NCBI GenBank assembly: GCA_013334245.1
Contig: JAAXXZ010000001.1
Location: 54,675 to 118,674, forward strand
Length of the DNA: 64,000 bases
Direction: 5' to 3'
DNA from: Candidatus Moraniibacteriota bacterium
GTDB taxonomy: Bacteria > Patescibacteriota > Minisyncoccia > Moranbacterales > UBA1568
Shown here: in pieces, positions 56,000-63,468 of the stretch
Numbering within the stretch: the stretch's first letter is position 1
How the letters are laid out: each line of letters opens with the position of its first letter
Made by a program: the position numbers and the translations under genes
Notes under the pieces: model-generated
Database searches by the model: none
Told to the model about the DNA's origin: nothing
What the model saw: only the letters and a program-made list of their open reading frames with translations

Positions 56000-57064
56000 C
56001 TATTTCACAGTATACCTGTCTTTCCCGACCTTGCCAAAAAAGGCGTTCAGATTGATGACGATGGTCGAACGCTTCACCTTCCGGACACGAAGCACCTCCT
56101 CGATGATCTCATCGCGGGTCATGGATGCGTTTCCCTTTCGAAGCACGGAGTCGATCACTTCCCGGACCGTCCCCTTCTCGAAACCCCATTCCGAGAGCGC
56201 GTACAATCCGCGACCCACGAGTACGAATTTCTTGTCCTTGATAAGTTCGTTGTGAACCGTCTGCGGATGCGTAGCCCGACCCCGCTTCTGCAGCCCGGAC
56301 TCGTCGATCCGCTTGGCAATCTCCTTGAAGTGCATCGGGGAACCGTTCATCTTGAGAACGAGATATGCCTTCTCCCGCGTACCGCGCGGGCTGATCTCAT
56401 TCGAATCGGAAAGTCCCCACCGGCCGAACGGATTGCGCCGGATACGGGACGAGACGGAAAGGTATCCGAAAAAGGTTCCGCGATTGACGGTGATGCCCTT
56501 CTTTTTCGCCTTGGAATAAAAAGCATCCTCGGTCAACGCGTTCTCGACCGACTGCGCGATCTCGAGCGCGGCGGTGTGAACCGCCTCCCAGGCGTCGAAG
56601 TCGAATCCGGTGACAGCGAAGGCTCGAACGCGGTTTTTCGTCTCCCGCTCCTCCTTCACGCTCTTCACACACTCGAGGAAAAATGAAAGCGATCCGGCCT
56701 CCGTCTTCGAATCGGCCGCAAGTACGGCGAACAGCTCTTCCACGGAAACGATTCCGGAACGGTCCCGAACTGCGGATTCGATCTTCTCGGAAATCCAAAC
56801 GAACGCCGGGTCTTCGCGACGCTGCTTCACTGACGCGAACGCTCCCGCCAGAATCTGCCGGACACGCTCCCTCGTGATCCCATAGGTCTTCCCGATTTCC
56901 TCGAGAGTCTTCGGTTTGGAGCCGGACAGTCCGAACCTGGCACGAACGATATCGTTCGTCCGCGGAAGGAATGCCTCGGAAAACATTTTCAGACGACCAT
57001 AAAACATCGTCTCATCCGCTTCCTGTGCAGCAACCGTCGTTTTGACTGGTTTCACGTTCGCCAT
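56000..57064 (-). CDS. DNA-binding protein with sigma-70 region 4-like HTH and C-terminal HARE-HTH domain
   Basis: TLEEIGKTYGITRERVRQILAGA matches sigma70_r4. The C-terminal FKEIAKRIDESGLQKRGRATHPQTVHNELIKDKKFVLVGRGLYALSEW matches the HARE-HTH pattern. Confidence 0.55.
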   Translation of the reverse strand: MANVKPVKTTVAAQEADETMFYGRLKMFSEAFLPRTNDIVRARFGLSGSKPKTLEEIGKTYGITRERVRQILAGAFASVKQRREDPAFVWISEKIESAVRDRSGIVSVEELFAVLAADSKTEAGSLSFFLECVKSVKEERETKNRVRAFAVTGFDFDAWEAVHTAALEIAQSVENALTEDAFYSKAKKKGITVNRGTFFGYLSVSSRIRRNPFGRWGLSDSNEISPRGTREKAYLVLKMNGSPMHFKEIAKRIDESGLQKRGRATHPQTVHNELIKDKKFVLVGRGLYALSEWGFEKGTVREVIDSVLRKGNASMTRDEIIEEVLRVRKVKRSTIVINLNAFFGKVGKDRYTVK

Positions 57065-57254
57065 ACTGAGATTATGCGTTAGTTCCCGAATCCGGCCTCC
57101 AGGCCCTTCCCTCCAGCGCGCCGGGGTAAGCCTCGTTTGGACGGCCAGATCCGTGCGATTTACGAATGAGTATACTATCGCATATTATAAAACTTTGTCA
57201 AGTATCGGTGCCGGGAAGTCGATCCTTCCATACTCTGGACAAACTTCCGCAAGC

Positions 57255-57283
57255 TTGTCGATTTTTGTCATTCCGTCTATAAT
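57255..57283 (+). promoter_or_regulatory. sigma-70-type promoter: -35 TTGTCG, 17-nt spacer, -10 TATAAT
   Basis: Consensus-like hexamers with ideal spacing about 50 nt upstream of the 57333/57354 ORF, in a divergent intergenic region. Confidence 0.45.
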
Positions 57284-57353
57284 GAAGACAATATAAAAAG
57301 TAGGGGGCGTATCGCGGCCATAAAAAGGACGCGTGTCGGTCCGAAACAAAAAT

Positions 57354-58163
57354 ATGACCACGGGGGATCATTCAGACGACTATTCGCAAGGCATCGCCGA
57401 CAGCGCCGGAAAGGTTCAGGCACTGCGCGACATGATACTCAACGCCGAAAGGACCATTCAGGGAGCCAAGGCCATGCTCCTTCAGCTTGAAGGAAAGAAG
57501 AAGACCGGCCGGCCTCGGAAAAACGATTACGATGATGCGCAGGGTACCATCGTCCAAGGGACGTTTGACGGTCAGTTCATGCAAGGCGCGGACGGAAAGC
57601 AATATCCGATTCCGGCGAACTACGCCTCGAAATCGAAACTGGTCGAGGGAGACATGCTGAAATTGGCCATCACTCCCGACGGCTCGTTCATCTACAAACA
57701 GATCGGCCCGGTCGAAAGGAAGCATGCGATCGGCATCGTCACGCAGGATGAACACGGGAATTTCCTGATAGCCGCCGAAAACCGGATGTATCGAATCCTG
57801 TTCGCCTCGGTCACATACTTCAAACTCGAACCCGGTGACGAGGTGGCCATCCTGCTACCAAGGGACCTCCAGGCGAATTTCGCGGCGATCGAACACGTAC
57901 TGCAAAAAGGTGCGCTCGTTGCCGAGGAGGCGCTCGCGATCGCCAAGGCGACTGCTTCGGCCGGAGAGGCGCGCATGGGCGACTGGAAAACGGATCTTAA
58001 GCCCGCATCGGAGACGCCCCACACACCGGCGTCATCCCTGATTGCCGATGCGCCCGGGCCGGAAAGCGACAGCGGCGTATTGGAAGAATGGATACGGGAC
58101 ATGGAAGCACTCGAAAAGGAAATCGAAGAACAGCAGAAGGCCGGAGTCGGGAAGTCGGAATAA
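57354..58163 (+). CDS. hypothetical protein (N-terminal coiled coil, beta-rich C-terminal domain)
   Basis: ATG-initiated, preceded by a consensus promoter. No domain I can name. Start at M8 of the track ORF. Confidence 0.45.
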   Translation: MTTGDHSDDYSQGIADSAGKVQALRDMILNAERTIQGAKAMLLQLEGKKKTGRPRKNDYDDAQGTIVQGTFDGQFMQGADGKQYPIPANYASKSKLVEGDMLKLAITPDGSFIYKQIGPVERKHAIGIVTQDEHGNFLIAAENRMYRILFASVTYFKLEPGDEVAILLPRDLQANFAAIEHVLQKGALVAEEALAIAKATASAGEARMGDWKTDLKPASETPHTPASSLIADAPGPESDSGVLEEWIRDMEALEKEIEEQQKAGVGKSE

Positions 58164-58186
58164 GTCAATCGTTTTACGACAACGCT

Positions 58187-58864
58187 ATGACAGCAAGCAC
58201 GACTGCGGCTAACGGACCGGCGACAAAACGAGATTATGAGGCAAGCATCGCCGCAGGACTCCTGATAGGCTTCCTGGTGATACCGATTCTTGCGACGGCA
58301 CTCCCCGATCTCTACAGCAAGATATGGCCCGCGGTAATGATTTTTTTCCTGGTCGCTTCGCCGGCCGGAATTTTCATCGCCTCGAAGCTCTACAACGTCA
58401 TTCCGCTCATCTGGCAGGTGGCGAAGTTCGTGCTGATCGGCGGATTGAATACGTTGGTCGACATCGGTATCCTCGCCGCCCTCATGTCCTTCTTCAAGAC
58501 CTCAGCCGGAATCGATCCTGATTCAGCCATCGTGAATGCCGGAATCCTGACGATAACGTTCTATTTCGTCTACAAGGCCACATCGTTCCTGTTCGCGAAC
58601 GTCAACAGCTTCTTCTGGAACAAGTACTGGACATTCTCCGGCAATCCCGCCAAGAACAGCGGTCAGCAATTCGTTCAGTTTCTCATCGTCAGCGTGATCG
58701 GATTCCTCATCAACATTTTTTTCACCTCGTTCATATTCACGTCCGTCAGCCATATCGGGGCCATCAATCCCTCGCAGTGGGGACTGATCTGCGGAGCGAT
58801 CGGCAGTATCGCCGGGCTGGCATGGAACTTCGTCGGATATAAGCTGTTTGTCTTCAAAAAATAG
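58187..58864 (+). CDS. GtrA-family membrane protein
   Basis: Four TM helices with VKFVLIGGLNTLVDIGILAALM and GYKLFVFKK typical of GtrA (PF04138). Start at internal ATG M34. Confidence 0.7.
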   Translation: MTASTTAANGPATKRDYEASIAAGLLIGFLVIPILATALPDLYSKIWPAVMIFFLVASPAGIFIASKLYNVIPLIWQVAKFVLIGGLNTLVDIGILAALMSFFKTSAGIDPDSAIVNAGILTITFYFVYKATSFLFANVNSFFWNKYWTFSGNPAKNSGQQFVQFLIVSVIGFLINIFFTSFIFTSVSHIGAINPSQWGLICGAIGSIAGLAWNFVGYKLFVFKK

Positions 58865-58888
58865 CGACTACGCAGGCGTTTTCGGATC

Positions 58889-58918
58889 GGAACGCTCCCC
58901 TTCCCGGGAGCGTTTTTG
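58889..58918 (+). terminator. Rho-independent terminator GGAACGCTCCC-CTTCC-GGGAGCGTTTTTG
   Basis: 9-bp GC stem plus T5, 25 nt after the gtrA-like stop. Confidence 0.65.
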
Positions 58919-58944
58919 ATTGGTATACTGGAGTCAGTAAACGG

Positions 58945-59130
58945 AGAGCAGATAACAATTAGCAGGGAACAAATAACGTTTTCCTTCGTAGTTATTGGTT
59001 ATTAACCGCTCTCCCGTTCCCAGTCAACCGTTTAATGCGGAGTTATCAGTCATTGATCGTTCCCGTTCCATGCAACTATTGTCAGTGGTCAGTTATTAGT
59101 TGTCAGTCATCTGTTGTAGTTGTTAGTTAT
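58945..59130. repeat. cluster of dispersed repeats upstream of dnaX: motif A copies (58945-58978, 59058-59076) and motif B-like GTCAGT/GTTGT repeats (59080-59130)
   Basis: Sequence similarity to motif A and B copies elsewhere in the window. Confidence 0.5.
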
Positions 59131-59136
59131 ATTGCT

Positions 59137-60750
59137 ATGCCCGCCTTCTATCGAACCTATCGTCCCTCGAGCTTCTCGGACATGGTCGGCCAGGAACATA
59201 TCGTCCGGACACTCGAGAATTCCATCAAGGCCGATACCATTTCTCACGCCTATCTTTTTACCGGCCCGCGCGGCACGGGAAAGACCACCCTTGCACGCCT
59301 CCTCGCGAAAGCGGCCAACTGCACCGATCGCAAGGGAGCGGAGCCCTGCGGGAAATGCGAGAATTGTATCCTTATGGCCGAGGGGCGGTCGCTCGACCTG
59401 ATCGAGTTCGATGCCGCGACACACACGCAGGTCGATAAGATGCGCGAGATCCTTGAAACCGTACCCACTCCGCCCGCCTCCGGACGATACAAGATCTATA
59501 TCATCGACGAGGCACATATGCTCACGACCGGAGCATGGAACGCCTTTCTGAAGACCCTCGAGGAGCCACCGGCGCACGCCGTCTTCATACTCGCGACGAC
59601 CGCGCTTCATAAGGTTCCCGAAACGATCGTCTCGCGCTGTCAACGTTTCGACCTGACCCGGTTTCCCGTGAAGGATCTGGTCGAAAAACTGTCCCGTATC
59701 GCAAAGAAGGAGAATTTGAAGATAGACGACGATGCACTTCGCATGATAGCGCTGGCGGCCGAGGGAGGCATGCGCGATGCCGAGTCCCTCCTCTCGCAGG
59801 TCGCGACGCTCCAGGAAAATCCTATCACCGAGGAAGACGCCTCACTCATCCTCGGCATCACAAGCCAGGCAAAGCTGGCCGGCCTTGCCCGACTGCTCTC
59901 GTCGGACGATCTTCCCGGGGCACTTGCCTACGTGCGCGATCTCTCCGAGAAGGGGGAGAATCTGAACGCGTTCGTTCCGTCCTTCCTAAGGTATCTCCGC
60001 GTACTCCTCCTGGCGTCGATCGGGCCAAAAACGGCGGAAACCGATCTCGAATCACTTACGAAAGAACGACGTCAGGAACTGCTCGCGATCGCGGCTTCGC
60101 TTCCGACCGCGAAAATCGTCGAGATAATCGGTTATTTCCGAACCGCGGAAACTGAAATGAGAAATTCTTCCCTCCCCGAACTTCCGATCGAAATAGCCAT
60201 CGTTAAATCCTTGGCGGATTTCTCTCGACAAAAAGAATCCGTACGGGAGCTCAAGCGTGAGGAGGAGGAAGAAGAGGAAGAGGCTATCGATACCAGGCCA
60301 ACTGTTCCCTACGATTCGCCGAAAGCAATTGTACGGCCCGAAGTCGCTGCAATTTCAGAAATATCGGATACGAACGTCGACAATGCGGTCGAAACAACCT
60401 CACCCGGAGATAGCGTCTCTGTAGCCGGCTCGTTCTCGCTTGTCGACGTGCAGGACCGATGGAAGGAAATCCTCCGGGAAGCCACCCGGGTCAACGCGTC
60501 GCTCACACTCGCCCTTTCGAATGCCCGCCCAAAAGAAGTCGTCGGTAACAAGATCACGATCGCCGTCCGTTTCCCCTTCCATAAGGACCGTCTCGCGGAC
60601 CACGCAAACGCATTGACCCTTGCCCAGGCCTTTGATACCATACTTTCCACCAAGGTGAAGATCGCGATCGTCGTGGAAACGAAGGAGGAACAGGCCGGAA
60701 ATCCGCTCGTTTCCCATGCGCTCTCGATGCTTGGAGGCGAAGTGGTGTAG
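59137..60750 (+). CDS. dnaX: DNA polymerase III subunits gamma/tau
   Basis: AAA+ clamp-loader motifs (GPRGTGKTT, DEAHML, SRC). C-terminal acidic EEEEEEE linker and tau-like domain. Start at internal ATG M35. Confidence 0.9.
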   Translation: MPAFYRTYRPSSFSDMVGQEHIVRTLENSIKADTISHAYLFTGPRGTGKTTLARLLAKAANCTDRKGAEPCGKCENCILMAEGRSLDLIEFDAATHTQVDKMREILETVPTPPASGRYKIYIIDEAHMLTTGAWNAFLKTLEEPPAHAVFILATTALHKVPETIVSRCQRFDLTRFPVKDLVEKLSRIAKKENLKIDDDALRMIALAAEGGMRDAESLLSQVATLQENPITEEDASLILGITSQAKLAGLARLLSSDDLPGALAYVRDLSEKGENLNAFVPSFLRYLRVLLLASIGPKTAETDLESLTKERRQELLAIAASLPTAKIVEIIGYFRTAETEMRNSSLPELPIEIAIVKSLADFSRQKESVRELKREEEEEEEEAIDTRPTVPYDSPKAIVRPEVAAISEISDTNVDNAVETTSPGDSVSVAGSFSLVDVQDRWKEILREATRVNASLTLALSNARPKEVVGNKITIAVRFPFHKDRLADHANALTLAQAFDTILSTKVKIAIVVETKEEQAGNPLVSHALSMLGGEVV

Positions 60751-60867
60751 GAACGAGTCACAAGTTACGAGTCGAAAGTCAGAACGGAAAGTCGGGTCAA
60801 AGAATCTGCCCGCTCCCCCGTCTGAGGGGAGCTGTCGAGTATTCGAGTCTGAAGGGTGGGTGAAGAT

Positions 60868-60939
60868 TGGGGAGTCGCCAAGCGGTAAGGCAACAGGTTT
60901 TGGTCCTGTCATACGGGGGTTCGAATCCCTCCTCCCCAA
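60868..60939 (+). tRNA. tRNA-Gln (anticodon UUG)
   Basis: TGGGGAGTCGCCAAGCGGTAAGGCAACAGGTTTTGGTCCTGTCATACGGGGGTTCGAATCCCTCCTCCCCAA closely parallels E. coli tRNA-Gln (UGGGGUAUCGCCAAGCGGUAAGGCACCGGUUUUUGAUACCGG...). Acceptor TGGGGAG/CTCCCCA, anticodon loop TTTTGGT. Confidence 0.85.
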
Positions 60940-60955
60940 CACGAGCATAGCGAGG

Positions 60956-61470
60956 GTTGGGGAGGAGGGATTCGAACGGGCAGGAACGATCCGCCAGCTG
61001 GCGGAGAGCGTAGATGAATGCGAGCGAGCGCAGCATTCAACTCTGCCCTGGACAAGGAGCGAAGCGACGCGAAAATCCCTCATAACAGATTGCATAGTGA
61101 GCGTTGTTGGGGAGGAGGGATTCGAACGAGCAGAAGCGATCCGCCAGCTGGCGGAGAGCGTAGATGAATGCGAGCGAGCGCAGCATTCAACTCTGCCCTG
61201 GACAAGGAGCGAAGCGACGCGAAAATCCCTCCCCCGCTCTAGCATAGCGAGGGTTGGGGAGGAGGGATTCGAACCGGTGACAGCAAAGCAAGGTAGAGTC
61301 CAGCAGGACGATACCGCCACGTTCGCCGACAAATGCGACCTTAGAAGCATTTGGCGCCACCGTGGACAAGAAGCCTTCCGTAGGAAGGTGACGCGAAAAT
61401 CCTTCCGCATATTCAAACACAGTGAGCGTTGTTGGGGAGGAGGGATTCGAACGAGCAGAAGCGACTACCC
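60956..61470 (-). repeat. tandem array of four MITE-like units (periods of about 150, 147 and 178 bp; last unit truncated). Each starts with GTTGGGGAGGAGGGATTCGAAC, the reverse complement of the tRNA-Gln 3' end. Units 1-2 carry the perfect palindrome TCCGCCAGCTGGCGGA and end in an imperfect terminal inverted repeat (..GCGAAAATCCCTCC)
   Basis: Units at 60956, 61106, 61253 and 61431. Units 1 and 2 are near-identical internally; unit 3 has a different core. ORF-track ORFs 60400..61416 and 60716..61489 across this region are artefacts of the repeats. Confidence 0.6.
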
Positions 61471-61505
61471 GGTTGAATATCGCGAATAAACCTAATACGG
61501 ATATC

Positions 61506-61793
61506 ATGCAAGACAGGATCGAGGCCATCGAGCAGGAATTAGCCGTCATACGCGAACGCAACGCCCGAGTAGAAGCGGACAAGGCTTGGGAGACCGGCCC
61601 GGTCCGCGTCGTTTCCGTCATGATTGTGACATACATGATCGCCGCCATAGTGCTTACGACCATCGGAAATGATGCGCCGATACGTAACGCACTAATTCCC
61701 ACACTAGGTTATTATCTCTCGACACGATCGCTCAGAATCGTCCGTTCCGTATGGTCTAAAGATCAGCTCCGCTCGAATCTGAAGCGAATATAG
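61506..61793 (+). CDS. hypothetical small protein with N-terminal coiled coil and two TM helices
   Basis: 95 aa from the internal ATG of track ORF 61422..61793; the upstream part of that ORF lies in repeat unit 4. Confidence 0.35.
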   Translation: MQDRIEAIEQELAVIRERNARVEADKAWETGPVRVVSVMIVTYMIAAIVLTTIGNDAPIRNALIPTLGYYLSTRSLRIVRSVWSKDQLRSNLKRI

Positions 61794-61821
61794 CGTGTAT
61801 TAAATCCACATCCAACCCGAA

Positions 61822-62742
61822 ATGCTCCCCTCCTGGACTCTTCTCGCGTTTCTCGCCCCGCTCCTGTGGTCGCTTGTCGGCTTCTTGGACAAGTTCGTCA
61901 TCTCGAAATACGTTCGGGACGATCAGGGTGCCGAGTCACTCGTCATCTTCACCGGACTCACCGGGTTCATCATGGCGACGGGAATTTTTCTCTTCGGCCA
62001 TCCGGTGACCGGCATCCCCGTCCGCGACATCTTGTATATCATGATCGCGGGAATCATCTACGTCACAGCGTTCATTCCGTACCTGACGGCGATGAAGGAA
62101 GCCGACGCAAGCATCGTCGTCTCGCCCTACCAGCTTACGCCCATCTTCAGCTATGTTCTCGGCCTCGTGTTCCTCGGCGAACACCTCACCGCTCTGCAGA
62201 TGCTCGCGGGGGTCCTTGTCATAGCCGGCGCCGTCTCACTTTCGTCCGATCCGAAAAAACCGTTCCGACCGACCGGAAAGATGTTCGGATTGATGGCTCT
62301 CTCATCGTTCGGACTGGCGACCAGCGCGCTCCTCTTCAAATATTTCGCGCTCGACTCGCTCGACCCGTGGGCGACGGCATTCTGGGAATACGTCGGCGGC
62401 GGAATATGTTCGCTTTTCCTCTTCGCCTTCATCGGATCGTATCGGAAGCCGTTCATCGTATTGCTTGAAACCGGCGGCGCGCGCATCGCCGCCCTCAACC
62501 TGTCCGGCAAAATCCTCACCGTTTTCGGAACGCTCGCGATGTCGTTCGCCTCGCTTTCCGCACCGCTCGCGGTCGTATCGATCATCAATGGGACCCAGCC
62601 GTTCATCATGCTGCTCATCGGAGGAATGTTCACTCTGTTCCTGCCGCATATCATCTCTGAACAGAACGGGCGCGCCAGCCTTGTCCATCGCATCGTTTCG
62701 AGTGCCGTCATTTTCGCGGGTGTCGTCTTTCTTTTTATCTGA
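61822..62742 (+). CDS. DMT superfamily transporter (EamA-like)
   Basis: Ten TM helices in two EamA repeats. 306 aa. Confidence 0.75.
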   Translation: MLPSWTLLAFLAPLLWSLVGFLDKFVISKYVRDDQGAESLVIFTGLTGFIMATGIFLFGHPVTGIPVRDILYIMIAGIIYVTAFIPYLTAMKEADASIVVSPYQLTPIFSYVLGLVFLGEHLTALQMLAGVLVIAGAVSLSSDPKKPFRPTGKMFGLMALSSFGLATSALLFKYFALDSLDPWATAFWEYVGGGICSLFLFAFIGSYRKPFIVLLETGGARIAALNLSGKILTVFGTLAMSFASLSAPLAVVSIINGTQPFIMLLIGGMFTLFLPHIISEQNGRASLVHRIVSSAVIFAGVVFLFI

Positions 62743-62811
62743 CGACCGCCGCTTGGGACGGAACGGGAAATGCTGTATAATGGCTTCCTAAGGCCATTCG
62801 AACGATATTTC

Positions 62812-63456
62812 ATGCACGAATTTCTTGCTTTCATTTTCGAGGATACCGGCAGCGCCGGTTCGATCAGTCGATCGGCGGTATGGACGTTCGTTCTCGTAAT
62901 CGTCGCGTACCTGCAGTTTCGGAAAGCCAACCACATTTCGAGCGCCGATTTCATCCATCGTCTCAAGAACGATTTCTTCGGCAAGGAGACCCGGGAACTC
63001 TTTTTTCTTTTCGAAAAGGACTATCTTCGATATGACGAGGAAAACGAGGTCTTCGAGGTCGTAAAGATCGATGAGAAAACCAAATCCGAACTTGGCATAA
63101 CGAGAAAATTCTTCACGATTTATGAAGTCGACGACTTCATTCTCGGCGATGTGTATGATCTCGGCCTGTTCGAGCAAAAACGCATCGTCGACATCGACAT
63201 GGTGTACGAAGAGTTCGGATATTACGTCGCCACGATATGGGAAAATAAGGCTATCCGTTACTACATCGAAAACCAGCGGAAAGACCCGAAACACAGGGAC
63301 GTCTATAACAAACTCGACTACATCGGACTCAAATGCGAGCTGTATGCTTCGGCGAAACGGAAGAAAGACGCCCTGCTTCTCTTCCGGGTACGGCGATGTT
63401 TCACTAAACTCTGTCTCCGACGCCTGGAGAAGCGCTTTCGCGGCACGACGGAATGA
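62812..63456 (+). CDS. hypothetical protein with one N-terminal TM helix
   Basis: K/E-rich soluble domain. Preferred over the antisense track ORF 62788..63906 on composition and because the downstream gene is co-oriented. Start at internal ATG M15. Confidence 0.4.
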   Translation: MHEFLAFIFEDTGSAGSISRSAVWTFVLVIVAYLQFRKANHISSADFIHRLKNDFFGKETRELFFLFEKDYLRYDEENEVFEVVKIDEKTKSELGITRKFFTIYEVDDFILGDVYDLGLFEQKRIVDIDMVYEEFGYYVATIWENKAIRYYIENQRKDPKHRDVYNKLDYIGLKCELYASAKRKKDALLLFRVRRCFTKLCLRRLEKRFRGTTE

Positions 63457-63468
63457 GAAAGATCGCAT

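Noticed and set aside
58865-59136. SRP (4.5S) RNA upstream of dnaX, as in many bacteria
   Set aside because: No match to the domain IV consensus GGTCCGGAAGGAAGCAGC on either strand. The region consists of a terminator and dispersed repeats.
60956-61470. CRISPR array (regular repeats next to a tRNA)
   Set aside because: The repeat period is about 150 bp, far longer than CRISPR repeat-spacer units. The 'spacers' of units 1 and 2 are near-identical to each other, and no cas genes are present.
60956-61470. tmRNA or tRNA-like small RNA genes on the minus strand (units end in a tRNA-like T-loop/acceptor sequence and start with GGGGGAGGGATTTTCGCGTC, reminiscent of a tmRNA 5' end)
   Set aside because: Units are only about 150 nt, lack a T-stem 5' strand and any plausible tag-peptide reading frame, and occur four times in tandem. 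Kept only as a test in the finding.
60400-61489. Long ORFs 60400..61416 (-) and 60716..61489 (+)
   Set aside because: Both run through the tRNA-Gln gene and the tandem repeat units. Their translations are themselves repetitive.
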